A stretch of 64,000 bases of DNA from an uncultured Acidobacteriota bacterium (GTDB lineage: Bacteria; Acidobacteriota; Thermoanaerobaculia; Multivoradales; JAHEKO01): NCBI GenBank assembly GCA_963719055.1, contig CAVRAU010000024.1:75604-139603 (forward strand). The letters run 5' to 3'. Below, one piece after another: positions 33,773 to 43,822 of the stretch. Within the stretch, counting starts at the first letter, position 1, and each line of letters starts with the position of its first letter. A program made the position numbers and the translations under genes. The notes below the pieces were generated by a model. The model worked only from the letters and a program-made list of their open reading frames with translations. It searched no databases and had not been told where the DNA came from.

Positions 33773-34252
33773 TTATGGATTGGGGAAGCCCGACGTGGTG
33801 AAGCTCAGACGCACCCGCCGATCGTTGTGGGCCAGGATGACATCGAGGTTGGTCTCATCTCCGCTGACAAACCAGAGACTGCGACCCGATTTGCTGGCTT
33901 CCTTCTGGGTCAGACCACATCCACCAAGAAGCTCCTCTAGTGCCGCGAAGGCCTCTGCATTCGCCTCTTCACTCTGCTTGTGCCAAAAGGTGTTGTAGGA
34001 ATAGGCCTGCCGCCTCCATTCCACTTCGCAGGTCTCGGCACCGGTAAGAGCCAGTGTGCACTGCCAGACGACTCGGGTGTCGCTGAGCGGATCCACATGC
34101 CGGGAGATGAGCTCACCTCGCACCTCGCCAAAACCGTCCTGTGCCGAGGCGAGAATGACTTCGAGATCCTCGCAGAAGTCGGCCTGCCCGACGCTCGAGA
34201 CACCGATCAAGAGAACGATCAGACCGATGACTTTGCATCCACGCCGCGACAT
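33773..34252 (-). CDS. Secreted hypothetical protein
   Basis: Signal peptide MSRRGCKVIGLIVLLIGVSSVGQA; start overlaps the upstream stop (TGATG). Confidence 0.6.
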   Translation of the reverse strand: MSRRGCKVIGLIVLLIGVSSVGQADFCEDLEVILASAQDGFGEVRGELISRHVDPLSDTRVVWQCTLALTGAETCEVEWRRQAYSYNTFWHKQSEEANAEAFAALEELLGGCGLTQKEASKSGRSLWFVSGDETNLDVILAHNDRRVRLSFTTSGFPNP

Positions 34253-34951
34253 CAGGAACTGCGCTCCGCCTCGATCATCAACAACAGGGGCTGGCCCAGG
34301 TGTTTTCTTGCCGACGGTGCTACCGCCACCAGCTCCTCGTCGACCTCGTATTCGCACCATCGCGGAGGGTCGAAACCGGCTGCTGCGATGCACTCGAGGT
34401 AGTCTTCACGGGTGTGGAGCTCGGCTCCCAGACGATATTCGGTGCCATCGATCTCGAAGTTCGCTTCCACGCCTGCGGCTGCCATCTGCGGATGGAAAGC
34501 CGAGAAGACCAGACGGCCACCCTGGCGCAGAAGCCTTGAACAGGCCCTCGAAGAACAAGCTCAGGTCGGAGAGATGCTCCGAGACGAGACTGCAGAGAAC
34601 CGCGTCGAAGGCACCGCCAGCCAGCGGCAGATGGCGATTCAGATCTGCCTGAACTAGGGGTGTGCCAGGCAGGGTACGCCTGGCCGCAGCGAGCATTCCA
34701 GCCGAGAAGTCCAACCCGATGGCCACGGCTCCGGCTTGGAGTATGGAGTCCAGATGGGCACCGGTTCCGCAACCGGCGTCGAGAATGCGCTCCCCTGGGC
34801 GAGGGCGCAGGTGCTGCAGGGTGACTCGGCGATCCAGAGCCACGAGTGTGCTGGCCCGCTGATCATAGATCCTGGACCACAGATCGTAGCCATCGCGAAC
34901 GCCGATGTTCTCGACAGGATCTCCCATGGCGTCGGCCACACCCCGGCTCAA
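34252..34951 (-). CDS. Class I SAM-dependent methyltransferase (frameshifted)
   Basis: GYDLWSRIYD, ILDAGCGTG, GLDFSAGML. Indel near 34520 joins it to ORF 34252-34485. Confidence 0.85.
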
Positions 34952-36546
34952 TCGAGAGCCGACAGCTCCTCGGCTTCGAGAAGGCCCCGGTCCCTGAGGA
35001 GCGAGGCCACCCGACGGCGCGTTTCGGTTTTGGGAGTGTCAGTGGACATCTCTTGAAAAAGCTCGATCGACTCGGGGTTGGGTGGCTCGAAATCCAAGCG
35101 CTGCTCCTCCATGAGCTCGACCCGGCCATCCGAGCGGGTGCTGTGGAGCTGTCTCTTCTCGAGCCGTCTTCGCTGGTCGGCTGGGTCGCAGGTCGTCTCG
35201 AGAAACAGCAGGTTCGCCGCGGTTCGTTCGGCCAGCCTGATCACCGGCAGCCTCTCGTCCTGCTTCTTGAAGGCACCGTCTACCGCTACCGAGAACCCGG
35301 CCTTCAGAAGGTGCTCGGCCCGACGGCACACCTCCTCATAGGTGCGACGGTTCATCTCCGGGGAGTACAGTCCCTCGTTGTAGGGAACATACACACGCGT
35401 ATCTTTTCCCACCCCAGAGATCTGCTTGCGAACGCTGTCGGTGGAGATCAGATACCACCCCATCTCATCGCGAAGGAAACGGGCAATGCTGGACTTGCCC
35501 GTGCCCATGAGGCCATAGAGGACCACCAACGACGGGTGCCCACCACCACCCGCGTAGCGATAGGCGAGACCGAAGTAGTGTCGAGCCAGATTTCTCTGGA
35601 CGCGCCGCTGCGCCTCGTCGACGGCCGGATCGGAGGAGGTGAAGCTTGCGATCTTGCCCCTGACGTAGGCTCGGTAACACTTGTAGATGTCCAGCAACTC
35701 GGGCAGCTCGGTATCGCCCGAGGCCTGTACATAGCCATCGACCAGGTGCGTCGCCAGAGCCGGGCTGCCCCGAAAGTCGAGATCCATGGCGAGGAATGCC
35801 AGGTCCACCGCGATGTCGCCGCATCGGAGGCGGTCGTTGAACTCGATGCAGTCGAAGATCACCGGTGGATTCTGGAAGAAGATGTTGTCCAGGTGCAGGT
35901 CGCCGTGGCTCTCTCGAATGCGGCCCTCGGTCACGCGACGTTGAAATAGCTCCTGCCGATCTTGGTAGACCCTGTTGGTCCAGTCCCGGATGTGGCGAAA
36001 ACGCTCGTGGGTGATCAGCTTGCCGACATAGGCTTCCGTCTGAGCGAAGTTCTCATCTGTATTGAACTTCACCGCTTCGATCGTCCCGAACTCGTCCACC
36101 CCTGCGCCAGTCCGGGCTTGCCGGTAGAAAGGCACCAGGATCTCCACGAGTTGGTCGATGTGTGTCTCGGTCAGCTCACCTCTCTCCAACATGCGAACAC
36201 CCAGCCGTTCCTGATCCAGCTGTCGCATCTCCACCAGCCAATCGACGACCTCCCCGGAGCCATCGAGCTCGACCTCCCCATTCTCGACGGTGATCGGCAG
36301 CACTCCCAGGTAGACCTCAGGAGCCAGACGTCGATTCAGCGCTACTTCGGCACGGCAGTTCTTTTCCCGCAGCTCGAGGCTGGAGAAATCGAGAAAGCCG
36401 AAGTTGACCGGTTTCTTCAGCTTGTAGACCCGCTCGCCCGTCAAGAAAAGCGACGAAATGTGCGTCTGGACGAAGTCGACCTCTTCGACAGCGTGCGGAT
36501 AGAACTCAGGCCTCTTGAGTGCCGCCACCAAGGTAGCGTGATCCAT
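34948..36546 (-). CDS. Bifunctional aminoglycoside-phosphotransferase-like kinase / AAA_33 P-loop protein
   Basis: QTHIS, VYKLKKPVNFGFLDF, RESHGDLHLDN, FDCIEF; P-loop GLMGTGKS. Confidence 0.85.
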   Translation of the reverse strand: MDHATLVAALKRPEFYPHAVEEVDFVQTHISSLFLTGERVYKLKKPVNFGFLDFSSLELREKNCRAEVALNRRLAPEVYLGVLPITVENGEVELDGSGEVVDWLVEMRQLDQERLGVRMLERGELTETHIDQLVEILVPFYRQARTGAGVDEFGTIEAVKFNTDENFAQTEAYVGKLITHERFRHIRDWTNRVYQDRQELFQRRVTEGRIRESHGDLHLDNIFFQNPPVIFDCIEFNDRLRCGDIAVDLAFLAMDLDFRGSPALATHLVDGYVQASGDTELPELLDIYKCYRAYVRGKIASFTSSDPAVDEAQRRVQRNLARHYFGLAYRYAGGGGHPSLVVLYGLMGTGKSSIARFLRDEMGWYLISTDSVRKQISGVGKDTRVYVPYNEGLYSPEMNRRTYEEVCRRAEHLLKAGFSVAVDGAFKKQDERLPVIRLAERTAANLLFLETTCDPADQRRRLEKRQLHSTRSDGRVELMEEQRLDFEPPNPESIELFQEMSTDTPKTETRRRVASLLRDRGLLEAEELSALD

Positions 36547-36657
36547 CAGCTTCTTCCCCCTGTACCAGCATATAGCAGACTCCAGTTCGAGACTCGGCCG
36601 TCGTTGGCGCACGGCTTCCAGGTCGGTTCTTGTCCCCCATACGCTCCGACGCCGGAT

Positions 36658-38574
36658 CTAGATGGCTTCTCGGCGGGCGAGATACCCCCAGCCCATCAGA
36701 CTGAGAATCGAGACCGCCAGACCCGCCCAGTTGAATCGATTGAGCGGCTCGAAGTGAAGCTCGAAATCCTCTGACGTCAGGACCAGCAGGTTGTTGGGAG
36801 TGACACGGTAGACGGGCAGCTCGCGGCCATCGGAATAGGCATGCCATTTGTCGGAGTGACCCATCCTGACGTACACGGGTATGGGCTCGGTGGCCTCGAC
36901 CTCGATCTCGAGAGTGTTGTAGTGATGATCGCTGCTCGCGAGCCTGGCCGATCCCTGCCCCGAGGTATCGAAGGGCGCGGAGTCTACAACCAGGAGCTCG
37001 CTGCCCTCGAGAAACCACTGCCGCGTCAGCGTCTGCCAATGCCGGTGGCTCGAGGGGCCGCCGCTGAATTTGATCGGATACTCCGGTCTATCGACCAGGT
37101 TCTGATCCGGCCGCTCGATCACCGTATAGCCGACTGCCGCCGGGCCAGGGATGCCAACGGACTCGCTGGCCAGAGCTCGGTCCGTGACGATGGCCTGGAT
37201 ACCAAGAACGTCGAGTAGGAACGGTATCCGGCCTTCGACATCCGGGTCGGCCATGACCCGGGAGTCCCAGTCGATTCCCCATCGCAGAGGCACCTGGTGC
37301 TCGCCGTCGAGTATCTGCTCGAGACTCAGCAGAATCGGCGCATCAGGACTGGCCTCGATAAAGAGTCCCTTGCTGACCATGTGCCCGAGCGATGCGAGGT
37401 GATATCGGAAGTTGTGCCAGTACGGCACCTTCGGCACTTCCTCCACCGTCAAGACACGCTCGCCAGCGATCTCCAGATCCGGAGGCTCGTACGGCTGTCG
37501 AAACACATAGGGCTTGCCGAAGGCTCCGATGACAAGGATCACGCCGGCCAACAAGCTCATTGCCGGCATCCAGATCGACCCGTTGCGCGTCTCGCTCTCC
37601 TGGCGGCGTCTACCCGGGATCATCCGCAGGAAGACCGGCACCATGACCACCAGCGAATAGACCTTCACTCGGTGGAAATGCATGGGCACGGACTGCCACA
37701 GGTCCATCGAGAGGTGTCGGAGGACACCCACCAGGAAGAAGAGTACTGCCAAGCCCACAACGAGAAAGTCGAGTCCACGGTCCTCGGATCGACGGCGGTA
37801 CCACAGGTATCCGGTCAGCAGCACGACATAGGCGGCATACTCGAAAACGGCCAGCGGATAGTCATCGTGGGTCGAGATGTCGCGAAACGTGTCCAGAAGA
37901 GCCGGCATCAACCAGAATGCCGCCATCCCATAGCCCAGGAGCAGGACCCAGCCTCGTCTTTCCAGCAGCAGTTTCGCGCCGATGAACAGCGACAGGACGA
38001 CCGCTGCGATCATGTGGGTGATCGTCAGCAGCGCGAGCAGCGGGATGGCCCTCCTCAGATCGCCACGCAGAACAAATCCCAGACACAAGAGAAAGAACAC
38101 CAGACCCAGGGCGTTGGCCACGTTGCCGACAACCAGGGTCGAGAAGAAGGTGCCGCCGATCTGCTGCGGCCATAGGACGAGGATCAGAGCCGAAATCGTC
38201 GTCCCGACAAGCGCGCGCCGATTGTCCAGGATGCCGCGATACAGGAAGTGGAGCGACGCGGGCAGCGCCATCCACGAGATCGCGGTCACCAGCTTGAACG
38301 CCGAGACCAGACCCAGAGGGATGGAGACCAACGCGACCAGCAGCGAGAACAGAGGGGGATACGCGGTGAATTGCTCGTACCCCGAGTAGAAATAGGGGTT
38401 CCAGAACACCAGCTGCGGCAGCATCTGCCGCTGCATCTGGGCATGGGCGAGATGACCCACCATGTCCCAGCTGTCCGCCGAGCCCATCAGAAAGGGTATC
38501 GAGATCACCCCAAAGCTCAAGCTCAGCAGAAGCAGAACCACGGTCGACTCGCGCGTCTGCCGAAACGGATTCAA
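36658..38574 (-). CDS. Multi-TM membrane protein, PTPS-related/YfhO-like (GT-C superfamily)
   Basis: WDMVGH after TM1, WNPYFYSGY...YPPL, many TM helices, C-terminal soluble domain with terminal TM. Confidence 0.65.
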   Translation of the reverse strand: MNPFRQTRESTVVLLLLSLSFGVISIPFLMGSADSWDMVGHLAHAQMQRQMLPQLVFWNPYFYSGYEQFTAYPPLFSLLVALVSIPLGLVSAFKLVTAISWMALPASLHFLYRGILDNRRALVGTTISALILVLWPQQIGGTFFSTLVVGNVANALGLVFFLLCLGFVLRGDLRRAIPLLALLTITHMIAAVVLSLFIGAKLLLERRGWVLLLGYGMAAFWLMPALLDTFRDISTHDDYPLAVFEYAAYVVLLTGYLWYRRRSEDRGLDFLVVGLAVLFFLVGVLRHLSMDLWQSVPMHFHRVKVYSLVVMVPVFLRMIPGRRRQESETRNGSIWMPAMSLLAGVILVIGAFGKPYVFRQPYEPPDLEIAGERVLTVEEVPKVPYWHNFRYHLASLGHMVSKGLFIEASPDAPILLSLEQILDGEHQVPLRWGIDWDSRVMADPDVEGRIPFLLDVLGIQAIVTDRALASESVGIPGPAAVGYTVIERPDQNLVDRPEYPIKFSGGPSSHRHWQTLTRQWFLEGSELLVVDSAPFDTSGQGSARLASSDHHYNTLEIEVEATEPIPVYVRMGHSDKWHAYSDGRELPVYRVTPNNLLVLTSEDFELHFEPLNRFNWAGLAVSILSLMGWGYLARREAI

Positions 38575-38589
38575 AGACCGATCGTCCCC

Positions 38590-39411
38590 CTACTTCACTT
38601 CGAAGGTCAAGGTCGCCCAGCTGGACTCGTAGTCGACCCCTTCTTCGGCCATCGGCAACATGCGGATGACGCGGATGTACCAGCGACCGGACTGCGAGAT
38701 CTCGATCTCCGCCACACCGTTGTCGGCGGTCCGGGTGTGAACCGCCTCCCGGTGCTCCCCGGTGTCATCATGCGAGTGAAACCCAGCAAAGCTGGCATAG
38801 ACCAACTGGTTCGCCGCCGGGCTGCCATCCGCCATGACCAACACCCGCAGCGTGTCGCCGGGCTTCAAACTGGCGGGATTGGCCTGAGGCACGATTTCAA
38901 TCGGGTAGCCCAGCAGCGTCGCGTAGGTATCCGTCGCGGCGTCCCCCACCTGTAGGATCGTCTTCACATGCTTGGCGTAGCGCTCGTTGGCGGGCTGGTC
39001 GAGGATGCCGTCTTGTTTGCGAGCTGCCAGCACATCGAGCACTCCGTCGTGGGCCAGATACTCGTTGAAGTCCTCGGCCCCCAGCTCGATCATTCGCGGC
39101 TTGGTCGATACCCCGAGCACATAGGTGCCCGGCTCACCGGTTTGAAATCTCAGCACCGAGATGTTGTCCTGGTCCTGCCACTGGTTGGGGGTCGGATGCC
39201 GAACTTCACCCTGCCCGTCGACGAGGGACACATCGACCATCCGTTCCCGATCGATGGAATTCTCGCTCTTGTCAAAGGTCCCGTTGTAGAGAGACACCCT
39301 GACATCGGACGCCGCCGGCAAATCGTGATCCTCTACCACCAGGAACATGTCGTGTGCCGCCACCGGCACCGATAGCAGGACCATAGCGCTGACCATTGCT
39401 AGTTTCTTCAT
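38590..39411 (-). CDS. DUF4198-domain periplasmic protein (Ni/Co uptake-associated family)
   Basis: Signal peptide ending AAHD, YAKHVKTILQVG, YPIEIVPQANP, TADNGVA. Confidence 0.75.
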   Translation of the reverse strand: MKKLAMVSAMVLLSVPVAAHDMFLVVEDHDLPAASDVRVSLYNGTFDKSENSIDRERMVDVSLVDGQGEVRHPTPNQWQDQDNISVLRFQTGEPGTYVLGVSTKPRMIELGAEDFNEYLAHDGVLDVLAARKQDGILDQPANERYAKHVKTILQVGDAATDTYATLLGYPIEIVPQANPASLKPGDTLRVLVMADGSPAANQLVYASFAGFHSHDDTGEHREAVHTRTADNGVAEIEISQSGRWYIRVIRMLPMAEEGVDYESSWATLTFEVK

Positions 39412-39487
39412 CGATTTCGATCCCTCCAGAGAATTGCCAGCTCGTCGTTGCCCAGCACGTGGCTGGCGAAATAAAGATCACTCTCTC

Positions 39488-41365
39488 CTACCAACCCACT
39501 CCGTAGTCTTCGCCGTAGTCGCTGGCGCCTCCCCACATCGTGCCGTGCTCGCGATCGAAGAAGATCGCGGTGATGGGCCCCGAGGTCCGCTTCCGAGTTT
39601 CGACCTCGTATCCCATGCGTGTCAGTTCCGCTCGTACCCAGGACGGTACGTCGTCGCGCAGGACCAGCCGACCTGGCTCGGCCTTGTGTGCCCCGAAGGA
39701 GCTCTGCATCTGGTAGCTGACGATGTTGGCGGCTTCCGCGGCCTGCTGGACGTTCATCCCGAACTCGACCATGTTGAGAAAGAACTGCAGCAGATTCTGA
39801 TCCTGGGTGTCACCGCCCTGGACCGCGAAAGAGAGATACGGCTTGCCATCCTCGAGGGCCATCCCCGGGGTGAGCGTCGCCCGGGGACGTTTGCCCGGCT
39901 CCACCAGGTTGTACGGGTTGAGTCGTGGGTCCAGGACGAAGGACTGCATCCGCTGGGAGAGCCCGATACCGGTCTTGCCGGCGATGAAGGCCGGAATCCA
40001 GCCGCCACTGGGAGTGATGGAGACGACCCACCCTTCGGCATCGGCTGCCTGGATCGACGTGGTGCCGGCGACGAACGCTTCGTCGTCGCTCATCTGTCGA
40101 CTCTGTTGCCAGCTGTCCTCCCCTGCCGCCTCACCCGCCGGCGGTATGGGTGTCCACTTCTCCAACAGATCCAGATATGGATTCTCGCCACCCTGGAACG
40201 GGTAGGGGTCGCCGGGCTTCACATTCTCGTCGTTGCGCCGCCAGTCGATCTGTTCGAAGCGTTGACGAGCGTAGTCCTTGGAGAGCAGGCCTGTGATCGG
40301 CTCTGCCGGCGGCATATAGGGATCGCCGTAGTAGAAATCGCGGTCGGCAAAGGACAGGTTCATGGCCTGGTAGAGCGCATGGACATAGGCCGCGCTGTTG
40401 TAACCCATGGCTTGGACGTCCGCGTTCTCCAGGATATTGAGTGCCTGCAGCATCACCGGCCCCTGCACCCAGTGGGTCAGCTTGTAGACATCGATGCCCT
40501 TGTAGTTCGTCTTGACCGGCTCTTCTATGTGCACCTGCCAACCATCGAGATCTTCCATGGTGATCAGACCACCCTGCTCCTGGGTGCTCCGCACCAACTC
40601 CTGAGCGATGTCGCCTCGGTAGAAACGATCGTAGGCGGCGTAGATGGCCTCTTTCCGACTCTTGCCCGCTGCCCGGGCCTGCTGCTCGGCCTCGACCAAC
40701 TTCTCGAGGGTCGCCCGCAGCTCGGCCTGACGAAAGATCTCGCCCGGATAGGGAGCCGCCCGCTCTTGCGAATCGTCTTCCGCCAGGTGGGGTAGAAAGA
40801 TCCGTTTCGAGTCCGGCCACTGCTGGAGAATCTCCTTGCGCCTCTCCATGTTGTCCGCCTGGGACTCTTCAATGGGGTACCCCTCAGCCATTTCGATCGC
40901 CGGAGCCAACACTTCGGCCAGGCTGAGCTGCCCGTATTCGGCCAACATCACCATCAGACCCCCGGGCGTTCCCGGTGTGACCGCGGCCAGGGGTCCGAAC
41001 TCGGGCGGATACCGCATCCCTTTGTTCTTGAAGAATTCGACCGTGGCACCCGTGGGGGCCACGCCCAGGGCGTTGATTCCCTTGACCTCGCCGGTATGCG
41101 GGTTGTAGATCAGCGCCTGCGTCTCCCCTCCCCAACCCAGGGTGTCCCACATGGTGCTGGTGGCACCCAACATGGCGCAGGCGGCATCCACGGCGTTGCC
41201 ACCCTTGGCGAAGGTCACGGCGCCCGCCGTGGCCGCCAGGGGTTTGCCCGTAACGGCCACCCAGTGGCGGCCGTGCAGCACCGGCTTGACGGTTCGCTGG
41301 GCGTGGGCCACCCCACTCGCCATCAAAAGAACTGCTGACATAAGAATGGACACCTGACGTCGCAT
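39488..41365 (-). CDS. ggt: Gamma-glutamyltransferase family protein
   Basis: Own RBS and signal peptide; GGNAVDAA, TPGTPGG, autocatalytic Thr in GTTSIQAAD, PGKRPRATLTP, GGDTQDQ. Confidence 0.9.
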   Translation of the reverse strand: MRRQVSILMSAVLLMASGVAHAQRTVKPVLHGRHWVAVTGKPLAATAGAVTFAKGGNAVDAACAMLGATSTMWDTLGWGGETQALIYNPHTGEVKGINALGVAPTGATVEFFKNKGMRYPPEFGPLAAVTPGTPGGLMVMLAEYGQLSLAEVLAPAIEMAEGYPIEESQADNMERRKEILQQWPDSKRIFLPHLAEDDSQERAAPYPGEIFRQAELRATLEKLVEAEQQARAAGKSRKEAIYAAYDRFYRGDIAQELVRSTQEQGGLITMEDLDGWQVHIEEPVKTNYKGIDVYKLTHWVQGPVMLQALNILENADVQAMGYNSAAYVHALYQAMNLSFADRDFYYGDPYMPPAEPITGLLSKDYARQRFEQIDWRRNDENVKPGDPYPFQGGENPYLDLLEKWTPIPPAGEAAGEDSWQQSRQMSDDEAFVAGTTSIQAADAEGWVVSITPSGGWIPAFIAGKTGIGLSQRMQSFVLDPRLNPYNLVEPGKRPRATLTPGMALEDGKPYLSFAVQGGDTQDQNLLQFFLNMVEFGMNVQQAAEAANIVSYQMQSSFGAHKAEPGRLVLRDDVPSWVRAELTRMGYEVETRKRTSGPITAIFFDREHGTMWGGASDYGEDYGVGW

Positions 41366-41433
41366 GGCTGTCTCCCCCCAATCGCCCTGGACTCGGGCGA
41401 TCTCTATCGTATGCGATGTTCGGGGCTGGAGAG

Positions 41434-42597
41434 TCAGTGACGCGTGTCGATATCGTCGACGAACACCCGAGTCCTGGCTGACATTCCGGTCTCGGTCTCG
41501 AAGATCTTCTCCAACAACCCCTGCCACTGGCGGTATTGATCTTCGATGGTGCCCTCGAACCGGATCACTTCGCCGTCGAGCTCGAGCTTCAGTGGATCGA
41601 CCTCGGCCGCAAAAGAGCTGGAGATCTCGTCCAGATACTCGGCTTGGGCCGCCACCTGACGCCGGAAGAAGGCCGCCCTGTGCTGTCCAGGGATTGCGGC
41701 GTTGGAGTCCTTCGCTCGGCGGGGTGAGCAAAACCCTGGCATTGGCCAGGTTGGCCTGCGCCCTGGCATCTCGCAGCGCCAGCTCGACCTCGTAGCGGGT
41801 GGCACGAAAGTCGTCATAGGGCCTGTCCATGGTCGCGTAGAAGCCCTGGTAGCGCTCGGCGAGGAGATCGAGAAAGAACTCGTCTCTCGTCCGGATGGTG
41901 CGGATTCGCGTCATCATCGGATCGTCCCGTGAGGGCAATCGATCCAATTCGATCTTGCCCTTGCGATCGACGGTCAGATAGCCGCCGAAGATTCCTGGGG
42001 CCAGCTGCGCCGCAAATCGCAGATCGGCGATCTGGCGAAGAACCTCCAGATAGTCACCTTTCATCCGACTCTGTGCGCGGATCAGGTCGTCGACAAACTG
42101 ATCGTAGACCTCCTGAAAGGGCTCGATATTGGAATGGAAGGAAAAGGCATAGGACGCGGGTCGAGCTTTCTGTTTGTAGACTCTCTTGAGCCAGCGGCGA
42201 CCGGTGGCATCGAGCACCTCCAGCTCGAGCCCCAGACGACGCCCGGAGGACTCGCGAATCCGACCGGTGACAAAGAGGTCGGCCGACAGGGAATTGCGCG
42301 GCATCATGCGCACCAACCCGAAGCTACTCCGACTCCTGGAGCGTCCGCATGAGATGGACGGCGACGAAAGCGGCCTCCGACTGGCGCAGCTCGGGGTTGA
42401 TGGTCTTGTAACCGGACAGCAGGTAGCTTCTTCTTCTTGATTCCGGGATCGAGAACCAGGATTCCGATGTCGAGAAGCTCTTGTTCCGGGATCCAGGAGC
42501 CCACTTCGGAGGGTGCGCGCGAATCAGCGCTCAGATCACCTGCCCCGAGCATGAGACTCAACGCGAGGCACACTCCTATGGGTTTTTTCACCGCCAT
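41434..42597 (-). CDS. Secreted hypothetical protein (frameshifted)
   Basis: Signal peptide MAVKKPIGVCLALSLML; continues through the N-terminal third of ORF 39488-42316 and ends in ORF 41434-41817. Confidence 0.6.
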
Positions 42598-42758
42598 CAC
42601 TCCTGATGACCTACTCATAGCAAACACTGTGCCGGCGTCGTCAGCGAGCCGGGCTCTTTAGGAACTCTAAGAGAACCGCCGCTGCGTCGTTCAGGATCGC
42701 GCGCAGCACCAGGGGGTCGCCCGGCCAGCAGCGTCGAGGCAAGTCCCTCTCGCGGGTC

Positions 42759-43766
42759 TCAAGGCAGCGTCTCGGACCAAGCCGATGTGTCGCTGCTCTC
42801 GAAGTCGTCGTCAAAGACCCCACTTCCCAGGGTGCCAATCGGTGATGCGCTGATGACCAGATTGTCGAACCAGATGCGATAGGCCTGCGAAGCCTCGGGG
42901 AAGTAGTTCCAGACGATGAAGTGGTTGAGCAAGAGATCCTCGGTGTGTCGCCAGAGCATCCCGCTATGGTGGGCCACGAGGACTCCGTCGATCCAGAGAG
43001 CCATCTCACCATCGGGGACGCCCGCGTCCAGAAAGACCGAGTTGGCTTTGATCATCGTCTCGACGGCGTACCAGCGCTCCTGCTGCATGAAGACCGGGAT
43101 GCCCTGATTCAGGTTGAAGTGGTTGCCCCAGCAGCACTCCAAGCCGTCCTCGCAGGGAAGCCCACGGGCGGCGCAACCCTGGCAAATGGCGACCGGGTCC
43201 GCGTAGTCTGCGCAGATATCTCCCGGATCACAATTCATGTCGGGAAAGTAGCTGTAGAAGAACGGCTCGCCGGGCAGCTCGCCCGCCACTTCCTGCCGGG
43301 TATCCACGGTGGCCCCGTTGAGACACAGGGTGCCGTTGGGCCGGCACCCGGCGGTTCCGTGGCACGACCACATATCGCCGTCTCGATCGCCGTGGATGGC
43401 GAAGAAGTGATGCATGGGGCGATCCCAGGTCCATTCCCACTTCATATAGAAGCGAACGTAGACCTGCTCCAGGCCCGGAAAGCGATAGCCGAAGGCGGCT
43501 CCATCGCCATCCGAGTCGAGAACCGCCTTCACCGAGCCCCCTCCCCGAAAAGTGTCGAATCCAGGAACACCATCGGTTACCAGGTACGCGTCGGGCTCAT
43601 TCTCCATGCCATCCCAGGAGCCCGTCTCGAAGTCATTGCAGAAGGCAACCGGGTTTTGCTCGCAGTACAGCTCCGCCGCCACCCCTCCCCCAACGCCCAG
43701 GAGCTCGAAGACTAGAACTACGCAAACCAACCGGGTGATCCCGGCTCCGGCACCGCTGCAACCCAT
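42759..43766 (-). CDS. Secreted beta-jelly-roll (polysaccharide lyase/LamG-like) protein with a Cys-rich insertion and FDDDFESSDTSAW tail
   Basis: VYVRFYMK, ERWYAVETMIKAN, DGEMALWIDG, IWFDNLVIS. Confidence 0.65.
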   Translation of the reverse strand: MGCSGAGAGITRLVCVVLVFELLGVGGGVAAELYCEQNPVAFCNDFETGSWDGMENEPDAYLVTDGVPGFDTFRGGGSVKAVLDSDGDGAAFGYRFPGLEQVYVRFYMKWEWTWDRPMHHFFAIHGDRDGDMWSCHGTAGCRPNGTLCLNGATVDTRQEVAGELPGEPFFYSYFPDMNCDPGDICADYADPVAICQGCAARGLPCEDGLECCWGNHFNLNQGIPVFMQQERWYAVETMIKANSVFLDAGVPDGEMALWIDGVLVAHHSGMLWRHTEDLLLNHFIVWNYFPEASQAYRIWFDNLVISASPIGTLGSGVFDDDFESSDTSAWSETLP

Positions 43767-43822
43767 CTTGCTACGAGGGTACTCGGCACCTGGACCGGGA
43801 TCTGTGGAATCTCAACGGTGGT

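Noticed and set aside
39488-42316. 942-aa ORF suggesting a novel fusion to gamma-glutamyltransferase
   Set aside because: GGT has its own RBS, start (41365) and signal peptide, and the upstream protein ends at 41434 in another frame. The read-through is produced by an indel.
43170-43190. CQGC as a c-type heme attachment site
   Set aside because: The motif is CxxCA, without the required His.
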